Shown piece after piece: positions 41,591-52,290 of a DNA stretch of 64,000 bases. Position numbers and translations under genes: made by a program. The notes under the pieces were generated by a model that was not told the DNA's origin, did not search any database, and worked only from the letters and a program-made list of their open reading frames with translations. Each line of letters begins with the position of its first letter. Within the stretch, counting starts at the first letter, position 1. Origin of the DNA: Candidatus Omnitrophota bacterium (GTDB taxonomy: Bacteria > Omnitrophota > Gorgyraeia > Zapsychrales > Fredricksoniimonadaceae); NCBI GenBank assembly GCA_030650275.1, contig JAUSEK010000001.1, positions 101-64,100 on the forward strand, given 5' to 3'.

Positions 41591-41625
41591 CCACTTACTC
41601 CACTTTCCACCACTTTATTCCACTT
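41591..41625 (-). promoter_or_regulatory. four direct repeats AAGTGG with about 10-bp periodicity (putative MraZ operator)
   Basis: Plus-strand CCACTT at 41591, 41600, 41610 and 41620, between the -10 box and the mraZ start. MraZ is known to bind phased GTGG-type direct repeats in its own promoter. Confidence 0.5.
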
Positions 41626-41632
41626 GATGGCA

Positions 41633-41661
41633 AGTATAAAGGATAGCCCAAGGGTTGTCAA
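41633..41661 (-). promoter_or_regulatory. Pmra sigma70 promoter TTGACA-17-TATACT
   Basis: Consensus -35 and near-consensus -10 with 17-bp spacer, read on the minus strand upstream of mraZ. Confidence 0.55.
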
Positions 41662-41683
41662 TACACAAAATATCTTATGTTTA

Positions 41684-42601
41684 TTAGAGAATGCTGCGGG
41701 CTTTGCGTTCGTCCGCGCCGATCTGGCGGACAAGGTCTTGCGGGGTCTTAAAGACGCGTTCGTTGCGGATCTTTTTTATAAAATGGACTTCGAGGGTCTG
41801 GCCGTAGAGGTTTTGGTTGAGGTCAAAAATATACACTTCCAAATGAACGGTCGGCTTTCTCTCCTTGAACGTGGGGCGCACGCCCAGATTGGCAACGCCG
41901 CGCCGTATTTCTCCTTTGACGTCCACCCGCACGGCATAAACACCATGAGGCGGTAAAATGTTGGGTCCCAAGCGCAAATTTGCCGTCGGATATCCCAATC
42001 TCCGGCCGCGGCCGCGGCTTTGCACCACGTCGGCCATGACTGAAAACGGCCTGCCCAACAAGCGTTGGGCCGCGCTCAATTTCCCCGACGCTATCAAGCC
42101 GCGCAAACGGGTGCTGCTGATGGGTTCGCCTCCGACTTTTAAAGGTGCCACTCCATGGGCAACATAACCATATTGTTCACCCAAACGCTTAAAAAGAGCG
42201 ATGTCCCCGCGGCGGTCTTTGCCGAAACGAAAATCTTCCCCCACAAAAACCGCCTGGACGCCCAAACGCCCGACGAGAGCGCTGCGGATAAAGGTCTCGG
42301 GTCGGATGGCGGCAAAGGCCCGCGTGAAACGAATGACGATGCAGACCCTGACCCCGAGCGTTTCCAAAAGTTTGAACCGGTGGCGCAGAGAAACTAAATA
42401 ATCGATCTTGGCGGACGAAGACAAAACATGGGCAGGATGAGGAAAAAAAGTAATGACAACCGGCACGGCTTTCCGGCGGCGGGCCTCTTTCACCATGGCC
42501 GCCAGCAGCATTTGATGGCCGCGGTGCACCCCGTCAAAAATACCGATGGCAACGCAGGAGCGTTTAATTTTGACCCGGCCAAGACCGGATATGACCTTCA
42601 T
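41684..42601 (-). CDS. ribF: bifunctional riboflavin kinase / FAD synthetase
   Basis: 305 aa; N-terminal FAD synthetase (GxFDGxHxGH) plus C-terminal flavokinase. Confidence 0.9.
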   Translation of the reverse strand: MKVISGLGRVKIKRSCVAIGIFDGVHRGHQMLLAAMVKEARRRKAVPVVITFFPHPAHVLSSSAKIDYLVSLRHRFKLLETLGVRVCIVIRFTRAFAAIRPETFIRSALVGRLGVQAVFVGEDFRFGKDRRGDIALFKRLGEQYGYVAHGVAPLKVGGEPISSTRLRGLIASGKLSAAQRLLGRPFSVMADVVQSRGRGRRLGYPTANLRLGPNILPPHGVYAVRVDVKGEIRRGVANLGVRPTFKERKPTVHLEVYIFDLNQNLYGQTLEVHFIKKIRNERVFKTPQDLVRQIGADERKARSIL

Positions 42602-43232
42602 TTAAGTCCTCAAGTTTGACCGCGTCCTTGATGTCAAAAGGCCCGACCTTGGTCCGCTCGATCTGGCTGATGCAGGCACCGCACCCAAGGACATCGCCCA
42701 CATCTTCGGCCAATTGGCGGACATAGGTGCCCTTGGAACAGGCCATAAAAAATTCCACTTCTGGAAGGGCGAACGACAACAGCCGCACCTCGTCCACGCG
42801 CACCTTGCGGGCCGTGCGTTCAACGCTTTTGCCCTCGCGGGCGATCTTATAAAGCCGCTGGCCCTGATGCTTCACCGCGGAAACCATGGGCGGTTTTTGT
42901 TCAATGTCCCCCACGAAACCCCTGAAAACCTCTTCCACGCGCGAACGCGTGATCCCGGAAAACGGCTTTTCCTCAATGACCTGGCCCATGATATCAGCGG
43001 TGGTGGTCTTGGTGCCCAAACGCAAGGTGGCGCGGTAGGACTTGTCAAAAGCGACAAAACGGTCGAACAGCTTGGTGGACTTCCCCAAAAGCATCACCAG
43101 CACACCGGTGGCCAAAGGGTCCAGCGTCCCGGCATGCCCCACCCGGCGCATCTTGAATTTCCTGCGGATAAAGCCGACCACGTCGTGGGAGGTGATCCCC
43201 GGCGGTTTATTGACGACAATAACGCCTTCCAT
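42564..43232 (-). CDS. truB: tRNA pseudouridine(55) synthase
   Basis: HAGTLDPLATGVL catalytic Asp motif; 222 aa. Confidence 0.9.
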   Translation of the reverse strand: MEGVIVVNKPPGITSHDVVGFIRRKFKMRRVGHAGTLDPLATGVLVMLLGKSTKLFDRFVAFDKSYRATLRLGTKTTTADIMGQVIEEKPFSGITRSRVEEVFRGFVGDIEQKPPMVSAVKHQGQRLYKIAREGKSVERTARKVRVDEVRLLSFALPEVEFFMACSKGTYVRQLAEDVGDVLGCGACISQIERTKVGPFDIKDAVKLEDLNEGHIRSWPGQN

Positions 43233-43244
43233 GTTCCCGCCTTT

Positions 43245-44222
43245 TTAAGCGCTTTTAAGCTGCTTCGCGCAAGCCGCCAATATTTTTTTCCGGGCGGTCA
43301 AAAGACCCGCGTGCACCTTGCACCCGGCGGCCTTGCGGTGGCCTCCCCCGTCGAATTGCTGGGCCAAGACCGCCACATCCATTTTGCCCTGACTGCGCAA
43401 ATTCACCCTCGTCATCTTGGAATTCACTTCGTTCAGGATAATGACCGCTTCAATGCCTTTCACGTTCCTTAAAAAAGTAAAGACCTTCTCCTTGAGGTCA
43501 AACCCTTTGGAAAAAAGGTCCGCCGTGCGTTTGGGGATGGGCGCGCAATACACGCGGCCGCCCAAAACAAGTTCGGCCTCATAAATGAGTTTGGAAAAAT
43601 GTTTCATGTCAGCGACGGGGATTCCGGGATAAAGTTTTTCATTCAAAAACGGCGCCTTTAAACCAAAAGCCATGAGTTCACCCGCGATGGCGTGGGTGCG
43701 GCTGCTTGTATTTTCATATTTGAACGAACCCGTGTCCGTCATGATGCCGGCATACAAAAGCAGGGCCATGTCCTTGTCCAAACGGACCTTCGCCCGCTCA
43801 AACAGGCCGAACAAAACTTCGCACGTTGAAGACGCCCTGGGGACAACACAGTTGACGGAACCAAAACGGTCGTTGGTCACATGATGGTCGATATTGATCA
43901 CAGGTTTGCCTTTGACCAAAAGTTTTCTCACCCCGCCGATACGCTCAAGGTCTCCGCAGTCCAGGACAATGGCCGCCCCATAGTCAAACGGTTTAACGCT
44001 GGAGGCCTTTTTGAAAAGCCCGGCCTTGGGCAGGAATTTCAACCAATCAGGCAGATCGTTCTCGTTGACAACGACGGCGGACTTTTTCATTTTCTTAAGC
44101 GCCAGCACCATGGCTAAAACGGAAGCCGCGGCATCCGTGTCAGGGTTACAATGGCAGGTCACCAAAAACGTCTTGTGCCGGCGCACAACGCGCAGGACAT
44201 CATCAAACGCTTTCATCAGCAC
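43245..44222 (-). CDS. nrnA: DHH/DHHA1 phosphoesterase (NrnA-type oligoribonuclease / pAp phosphatase)
   Basis: DHH motifs (CHCNPDTD, DHH) and DHHA1 GGGH; located between rbfA and truB. Confidence 0.8.
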   Translation of the reverse strand: MLMKAFDDVLRVVRRHKTFLVTCHCNPDTDAAASVLAMVLALKKMKKSAVVVNENDLPDWLKFLPKAGLFKKASSVKPFDYGAAIVLDCGDLERIGGVRKLLVKGKPVINIDHHVTNDRFGSVNCVVPRASSTCEVLFGLFERAKVRLDKDMALLLYAGIMTDTGSFKYENTSSRTHAIAGELMAFGLKAPFLNEKLYPGIPVADMKHFSKLIYEAELVLGGRVYCAPIPKRTADLFSKGFDLKEKVFTFLRNVKGIEAVIILNEVNSKMTRVNLRSQGKMDVAVLAQQFDGGGHRKAAGCKVHAGLLTARKKILAACAKQLKSA

Positions 44223-44583
44223 CCTCCTCGCCGTTGGAACTCAATTTCTTGATCTCCTCCAGGGCCCGGTCGATCTGTTGGGCATGATGCACGGACTTAT
44301 CATAGATGAACAGGAACTCCGGGGTGGCGCGCATGACCACGCGCTGGCTGATGAGTTTACGGATATACCCCCGGCAACTGTCAAGCCCCTCGGCCGCGTC
44401 CTTGATGTCCTCGGGGTCCTCGGACAGGGTGCTGAACTTGACCTTGGCGCGCTGAAGATCTTTGCTGACCTCAACGCCCATGATGGTGACGAAAGCGACG
44501 CGCGGGTCGTTCAAGTGCCCCAGCAGGATCATGTTGCCGAGCTCGCGTTTGATGGCTTCATTGACTTTTTCAATCCGTGACAT
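44203..44583 (-). CDS. rbfA: ribosome-binding factor A
   Basis: Start taken as MSRIEKVNEAIKRELG; 126 aa. Confidence 0.85.
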   Translation of the reverse strand: MSRIEKVNEAIKRELGNMILLGHLNDPRVAFVTIMGVEVSKDLQRAKVKFSTLSEDPEDIKDAAEGLDSCRGYIRKLISQRVVMRATPEFLFIYDKSVHHAQQIDRALEEIKKLSSNGEEGADESV

Positions 44584-45295
44584 GCGGTCTCCTTTGCGCG
44601 CCCCAGGCCTTAAGATATTCAAGGGCCGGCGCCGGGTCATCTTCTTTAAGGATCTTGTCCAATTCTTTGGAATATCTCTGGACTTTAAGGGCATCAACGG
44701 CCCCGGCGCGCACGGCCTCTTTGAGCAATTTCAATGTCCCGGGTACAACGGTAAAACGCAAGCGTCCCGCGAAACGCGCGGCCCGCAGGACCCGCGTGGG
44801 ATCATCCATGAAACTTTTGTCGTGCAGGACGCGGATCTTTTTTGAACGCAGGTCAGCCCTGCCGTTGAAAGGGTCCCTGATCTTCCCCCATGCCGCGGCA
44901 TTCAAGACGACGGCCATGGCGTTAATGGTAAAATCCCGGCGGAAAAGGTCGTCGCGCAGAACCGAGGCGGTCACCGACGGCAAAGCGCCGGGACGGGCAT
45001 ACGTTTCTTTGCGGGCCGTGGCAAAATCAACGGCACGCCCGTTGGGCAAAAACACGGTGGCGGTCTTGAACGCCGGATAACGGACTATTTTGGATCCCGC
45101 ATGTTTGGCCGCGAACAATCCTGCGAGGCGCATCCCCTGGCCTTCAACGGTGATATCCAAATCAATGCTGGGGGCTTTCAACGCGAGATCGCGCACCGGC
45201 CCGCCGACCAGATACGCGCGCATCCCGCTTTCATCCGCCAGAACGCCTATCTGTCTCACCAATGCCAGCGACTTTTTGTCCAATCGTGATAACAA
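44570..45295 (-). CDS. tRNA nucleotidyltransferase / poly(A) polymerase head-domain protein (short, 242 aa)
   Basis: GGPVRDLAL...DLDI...RRDFTINA class-II nucleotidyltransferase motifs. TTG start just after the xerD stop; shorter than full CCA-adding enzymes. Confidence 0.6.
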   Translation of the reverse strand: MLSRLDKKSLALVRQIGVLADESGMRAYLVGGPVRDLALKAPSIDLDITVEGQGMRLAGLFAAKHAGSKIVRYPAFKTATVFLPNGRAVDFATARKETYARPGALPSVTASVLRDDLFRRDFTINAMAVVLNAAAWGKIRDPFNGRADLRSKKIRVLHDKSFMDDPTRVLRAARFAGRLRFTVVPGTLKLLKEAVRAGAVDALKVQRYSKELDKILKEDDPAPALEYLKAWGAQRRPHVTD

Positions 45296-45296
45296 A

Positions 45297-46180
45297 TTAT
45301 CCCCTGGGATGAAACTGTTTGTGCACGCTCTTGAGCCGCTCTTTGTCCACGTGCGTGTAAATTTGCGTCGTGGCGATGTCCGCGTGGCCGAGCATTTCCT
45401 GCACAGAGCGCAGATCCGCGCCATGTTCCAGCAAATGGGTGGCGAAGGTATGCCTCAACGTGTGCGGCTTGATGTTCTTTTTGATGCCCGCCAGCCGCGC
45501 GTATTGCTTGATGATCTTCCAGGCCATGACCCGCGACATCTTTTTGCCCTGCTGGCTTAAGAAAAGCGCGTCGCTTTCCGTGGTTTTCAATGATCTGGGA
45601 CGGATGTGTCCGCAATAATAGGCAATGGCTTCCCGCGCTTTCCTGCCGACGGGAATGATGCGCTCCTTGCTGCCTTTGCCGATGGCGCGCACAAAGCCGG
45701 CTTCCAAATTAACGCTGGCGACCTTCAGGTCCACCATTTCCGAAACGCGCATGCCGGAGGCGTAAAAAAGTTCCAGCATCGCGTAATCGCGTTTATGATT
45801 TTTTCCCTTGGTCTGCGCCGCCCGCAGGATCGCTTCCATCTCTTTTTGCGTCAATACCTCGGGGATCCGCGCCCATTGTTTGGGCGTATCCACCAGGGAA
45901 GTCGGATCTTCCTTAGCCAGGCCGTCGCGCACCAGAAAACGGTGGAACATTTTGACGGCGGCCAGGTTCCTGCAAATACTGGACGTGGAGAGGCCCGACT
46001 TCTTGAGTGTTTGCAAAAAACCGGTGATATGCTCCGAACGGACAGTGTCCGCATTTTTGACGCCCTGGCCGGCCAATAATTTTACATATTTTTCCAGGTC
46101 CAGCCGGTAGGCCGCAAGCGTGTTCTTTGCCAGACCGCGCTCAACGGAAATATAGTTGATGAATTCACCGATGAATTCCT

Positions 46181-46184
<4 letters not shown>
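45297..46184 (-). CDS. xerD: site-specific tyrosine recombinase XerC/XerD
   Basis: R...HxLRHTFATHLLEHGADLRSVQEMLGH...Y catalytic tetrad region; 295 aa. Confidence 0.85.
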
Positions 46185-48792
<2,608 letters not shown>

Positions 48793-48807
48793 ATCATATA
48801 TCTGATT

Positions 48808-48836
48808 ATTTTAACATCCCGACGGTATTCCGTCAA
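48808..48836 (-). promoter_or_regulatory. candidate tRNA-Pro promoter TTGACG-17-TAAAAT
   Basis: Hexamers read on the minus strand about 15 nt upstream of the mature tRNA 5' end. Confidence 0.4.
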
Positions 48837-49079
48837 TCCTTTGTGGGGTGTTGCGCATCTCGTGCGCAAGCCTAACCTGCTCATTGCAAAAGATATGGGC
48901 GGTATCCGGACGCTTCCTTTGCGGTAAACGCCCATACGCCCTCCCGTCTAAATGTCCGTCATTTTAAATGTTTTTGGGGGAAATATTTTGTTCAACCGAC
49001 CGGGGAAATCGGCTACTACACCTATATACTAATATAAAACCAGAACCTGTCAATTGTTCTTGTGACGCCATTTGTTCTT

Positions 49080-50291
49080 TCAACTTTCACTAACTCTAAA
49101 AGATCGTATTGAATTTATCTTTTCGTTTATTTTAAATGTATGCTCATCAAGATCGTTAACAAATTCCTCAATGCTATCTAATTCTTCATCTGTAAAGCTG
49201 CGGTGTTCATATCGCAACATTCCATTGATGAGTCCCAAGAGATCACTAAACCCATGTCTTTGATACGGCTCTAGCAACCTATCTTCGGCTTTTCTTTGCC
49301 AAAACATGTATGGGGGATTCTTTTTCTTGCTCAAGCTTATTTTTGCAGTACTTAACGCGTTGGTGAGGCGCCCGACCCTGAAAAGCACATAGAAAATAAT
49401 GTAACTGACACAATAATATTCCTTGTCTCTGCTAAGTCGGGTGAGCAATGCTTGAACGAATAATTCTCCGTCTTTCTCATCCCTGAAAGATTTAAATAAC
49501 TTAACTAATGCATCGCCGTTCTCAGACTGCACAGTTGCCCCTTGGGGATCATTTAATATTTCTTGCCGCTCTCCAGATTTACTACTCGTCCAACTATCCT
49601 GATAGATGCTTTTAATTTGTCTCCCTTGGCATAATGCGTATATACTACCCAACTCTCCTGATTGACGCCCGTATTTTTGATAACGACTAATTTCATCCTT
49701 AAGAGTAGCTGCCACTTTTCTTTCTATTTGATTTTGTAACTTATAGATTGCTTCCTCTGTTAATTTAATAGGTATAAATCTTTTCTTTTTATCTGATTTA
49801 AATTCAACGTTCTTTAGAATGCGTTTCTGTCCATATTGATCTACGAAAATTATGTCTGCTTTGAAATCCTTCCCTTCCTTGCAAAATGGTGGGCAAATCC
49901 AGAAATCTGCGTGTAGGTCGGTAGTCGCGCGTGGAGGAATAGGGTAGTCTCCGTGATATTCACTGTGCACATCTTTAAGCGATACATGTCCTTGATTTCT
50001 AGGCTTCTTGATGTAAACGTTTAAGATGCTAATCGGTTGGTCTGTTGGATTTGTTACGTACCAATAACCCACTATCTGCATGGCGGGTTTTTGATCACCG
50101 GTGCTCCCCATGTGCCACCAGTTAAATCTGTAATGAGGAAGGATGATTGGACGGTTTAGCCAATGCCTTATCCATGGGAATATGGCCCCTAATTTCTCCA
50201 ATATACTGTTCAGCGATGCCAAAGATTGACTGAGTATTCGAGCCCAAAACTTTACATCGCTATCTGTGTTTAAGTTATTATTTTGAGTCAT
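49080..50291 (-). CDS. orphan hypothetical protein (403 aa) in low-GC island
   Basis: Clean 403-codon ORF with GC of roughly 42% by eye versus about 58% in the flanks. No motif I can place; N-terminal half beta-rich, C-terminal half helical. Confidence 0.6.
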   Translation of the reverse strand: MTQNNNLNTDSDVKFWARILSQSLASLNSILEKLGAIFPWIRHWLNRPIILPHYRFNWWHMGSTGDQKPAMQIVGYWYVTNPTDQPISILNVYIKKPRNQGHVSLKDVHSEYHGDYPIPPRATTDLHADFWICPPFCKEGKDFKADIIFVDQYGQKRILKNVEFKSDKKKRFIPIKLTEEAIYKLQNQIERKVAATLKDEISRYQKYGRQSGELGSIYALCQGRQIKSIYQDSWTSSKSGERQEILNDPQGATVQSENGDALVKLFKSFRDEKDGELFVQALLTRLSRDKEYYCVSYIIFYVLFRVGRLTNALSTAKISLSKKKNPPYMFWQRKAEDRLLEPYQRHGFSDLLGLINGMLRYEHRSFTDEELDSIEEFVNDLDEHTFKINEKINSIRSFRVSES

Positions 50292-50554
50292 TCCGCCTTT
50301 AGTTCTTTGAACCGTTTCCAGGTATCTTATTTATTCGCTAATGATTCTGATGAAATGTACCCATTATGCCAGAAACAAAAACCCTCCGCAATTCATTAAA
50401 ATCGCATGGGTTTATATACAAATAGCCTCAAATCTAATTCAAATTCTGTCCTCCCAAGTACCGGTTCTGCCTCCATTGCCTAACATTGAATTGTTCAAAA
50501 ATAAATCCTCCCCGTCCTTACCCTATTCTCTCCTCTCCCATGTCGCAAGGGGTA

Positions 50555-50611
50555 GTTCAAGACCCCACTCACTCATAAAAAACTTATAGTAGAGTGTGTG
50601 GGGTCTTGAAC
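50555..50611. repeat. 20-bp inverted repeat (GTTCAAGACCCCACTCACTC / GAGTGTGTGGGGTCTTGAAC) with 17-bp AT-rich spacer
   Basis: Arms are reverse complements with a single mismatch; read directly. Confidence 0.55.
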
Positions 50612-50659
50612 GGTTTTGAGCGCTTTTGCCCAAAAACCCCGTGCAAATGGGAGAAAAAA

Positions 50660-50734
50660 GGGCACAAATTAGGCACAGATTTGTGCCTGATCTGTGCCCA
50701 AACTTGCGCCCTTGTTTGTGCCTAATCTGTGTCT
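50660..50734. repeat. array of GGCACA / TGTGCC heptamers forming nested palindromes
   Basis: At least six copies of the (A/G)GGCACA core in both orientations within 75 bp: GGGCACA, AGGCACA, TGTGCCT, TGTGCCC, then TGTGCCT-AATC-TGTGTCT. Confidence 0.55.
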
Positions 50735-51081
50735 ATTTTAGACTATAGCTCAAAGAAATAGTACCTACGATTATCTTTTTACATAACGAATTAGTAGGCC
50801 AACCCTTCTCCAGTCCGTATTTGAAGGTTAAGCGCCACACTTGTTGTTAAACAAGCAGAAACAAGCACTACGAGTACCTTTATACGCAACCTGGCCTTTA
50901 CACGGCTCACCACCTCTATGCCACAGTTCAGTTGAGGATTTTGCATGTTGCCCTCTCCTTTCCCGGACTGCGGAAGGGTTGGCGCTTGGCGATGTGCCAT
51001 TTATAGAATTTTAATGTTGTGAAAAGGGCTTTTGTCGAATTTCGAACCCGATGTCGGACATACGCAACGAAAATGCAATTC

Positions 51082-51492
51082 TTAGGGCTTTATCATCTGT
51101 TTTGTTTTTTGGATAACCTGGCTGACAAAAGCAATATAATCATCCGCTTCTTTCTTGGTGATCGTGCCGCCGGCATCGTAAAGGTCTTTATTACGCTTCA
51201 TCCGCATGGCATTGCCAACCGTAAAGACATCTGGATCGCCTAGAATTTCACTCAACTTAAGTAATATCTTAACATGATGCCCGGTCACGCTCCTGACCTT
51301 AACCCCGCCCTTCTTTGCCAAAATAGCCATGCCGATCTTGATCAATGCCTGATAACAATAGGTAAATTGGACTTCCCTAAAATGGTCTTTCTGGGCAATA
51401 TCCAGATCACGCATGGCGCTTTCAACATAACGGTCAATTTGGGCCGCCGTAAATTTAAACTTCTGAAAGAACTCCTGTTCAAATGAGATCAT
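51082..51492 (-). CDS. HEPN-domain protein (toxin partner of nucleotidyltransferase)
   Basis: 136 aa helical protein with R-x4-HH (RSVTGHH). Overlaps the upstream MNT gene by 4 bp (ATGA). Confidence 0.65.
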   Translation of the reverse strand: MISFEQEFFQKFKFTAAQIDRYVESAMRDLDIAQKDHFREVQFTYCYQALIKIGMAILAKKGGVKVRSVTGHHVKILLKLSEILGDPDVFTVGNAMRMKRNKDLYDAGGTITKKEADDYIAFVSQVIQKTKQMIKP

Positions 51493-52031
51493 ATGATCCT
51501 CACGGTTTTCTTGGATTCAATAGACTTTAAAAACGGATCCTTCCCTTTTTTATCATTGTACTCCTGAAGCGACATACTGACGGCATTAATGTCTCTTTGG
51601 GTAGACTTTTGCACCTGTGCAACCGCCTTTTGAAGTTCTACGGTACTATGATCTCCAACAACCAAAAAATCAATGTCGCTATGGGAATCCATCTTCTCCT
51701 GGGCATAGGAACCAAAAATAACGGCTTTTTTAATACCAGAAATAGTGCCAAGTGAAGTCTTTAATACCTGCTCCAGACCAATGGTCTTTAAAACGATGTT
51801 TTTATACTCCTTTAACAACGGAAAGCTCTTATTTAACGAATAATACCGCTGTTTGCCCTGCCAGCGGCTTTTTAAGAGGCCCTCTTTTTCAAGGACGATC
51901 AGTTTACGGGTCAAATTACCGCTCTCTGTATGGAGGATCCGGGCTAGGTCATTGACATAAACCTCAAACCCTTGTTGCAGCATGAAATAATTGAGGATTT
52001 GTTGAGAAACTTTAGAGCGCAGGCTGATCAT
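51489..52031 (-). CDS. minimal nucleotidyltransferase (MNT) with N-terminal winged-HTH
   Basis: GSYAQEKMDSHSDIDFLVV (GS...DxD) pol-beta NTase motif preceded by a wHTH-like segment; 180 aa. Confidence 0.75.
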   Translation of the reverse strand: MISLRSKVSQQILNYFMLQQGFEVYVNDLARILHTESGNLTRKLIVLEKEGLLKSRWQGKQRYYSLNKSFPLLKEYKNIVLKTIGLEQVLKTSLGTISGIKKAVIFGSYAQEKMDSHSDIDFLVVGDHSTVELQKAVAQVQKSTQRDINAVSMSLQEYNDKKGKDPFLKSIESKKTVRII

Positions 52032-52054
52032 AGGAATTGCCTCACTGTGTTGAT

Positions 52055-52082
52055 TTACAGTGATTACTGTAAATTATTACAG
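52055..52082 (-). promoter_or_regulatory. overlapping palindromes TTTACAGT-GATT-ACTGTAAA and CTGTAA-ATTA-TTACAG upstream of the MNT-HEPN operon (candidate operator)
   Basis: Perfect inverted repeats 24-51 bp upstream of the MNT start codon. Confidence 0.4.
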
Positions 52083-52139
52083 CAATGGAGTCAATATTTT
52101 TATCAATTTTTGGTATCCCAAAGACATCTAACTTATTTA

Positions 52140-52194
52140 TGCACAAAACAACAAATAAATATGCACAGATCGACATAATCTTTTGCACAAATCG
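52140..52194. repeat. three direct repeats TGCACA(A/G)A(A/T)C spaced 22-23 bp
   Basis: TGCACAAAAC (52140), TGCACAGATC (52162) and TGCACAAATC (52185). Core resembles the GGCACA(A/G)AT heptamers at 50660-50680. Confidence 0.45.
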
Positions 52195-52290
52195 ATATGG
52201 TTTTTGGTGTCCAAAAAGTGTCCAAGTTTAATGCAGATTGGTTAAAACTGAATAAAAATGATTAAAAAGGTCTCGCTTTAGGACAAGTTT

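Noticed and set aside
50341-51000. Small ORFs 50341-50589 (+) and 50791-51000 (-) inside the island
   Set aside because: Short, no RBS, and they overlap the repeat-rich non-coding region. They could be small island genes but the sequence alone gives no support.
51030-51075. tcgaatttcgaacccgatgtcggac, resembling a tRNA T-arm fragment
   Set aside because: It contains a TTCGAAC T-loop-like heptamer but I could not fold flanking T-stem or acceptor pairing in either orientation. Probably coincidental, though a degraded tRNA or att remnant cannot be excluded without a tRNA-fragment search.
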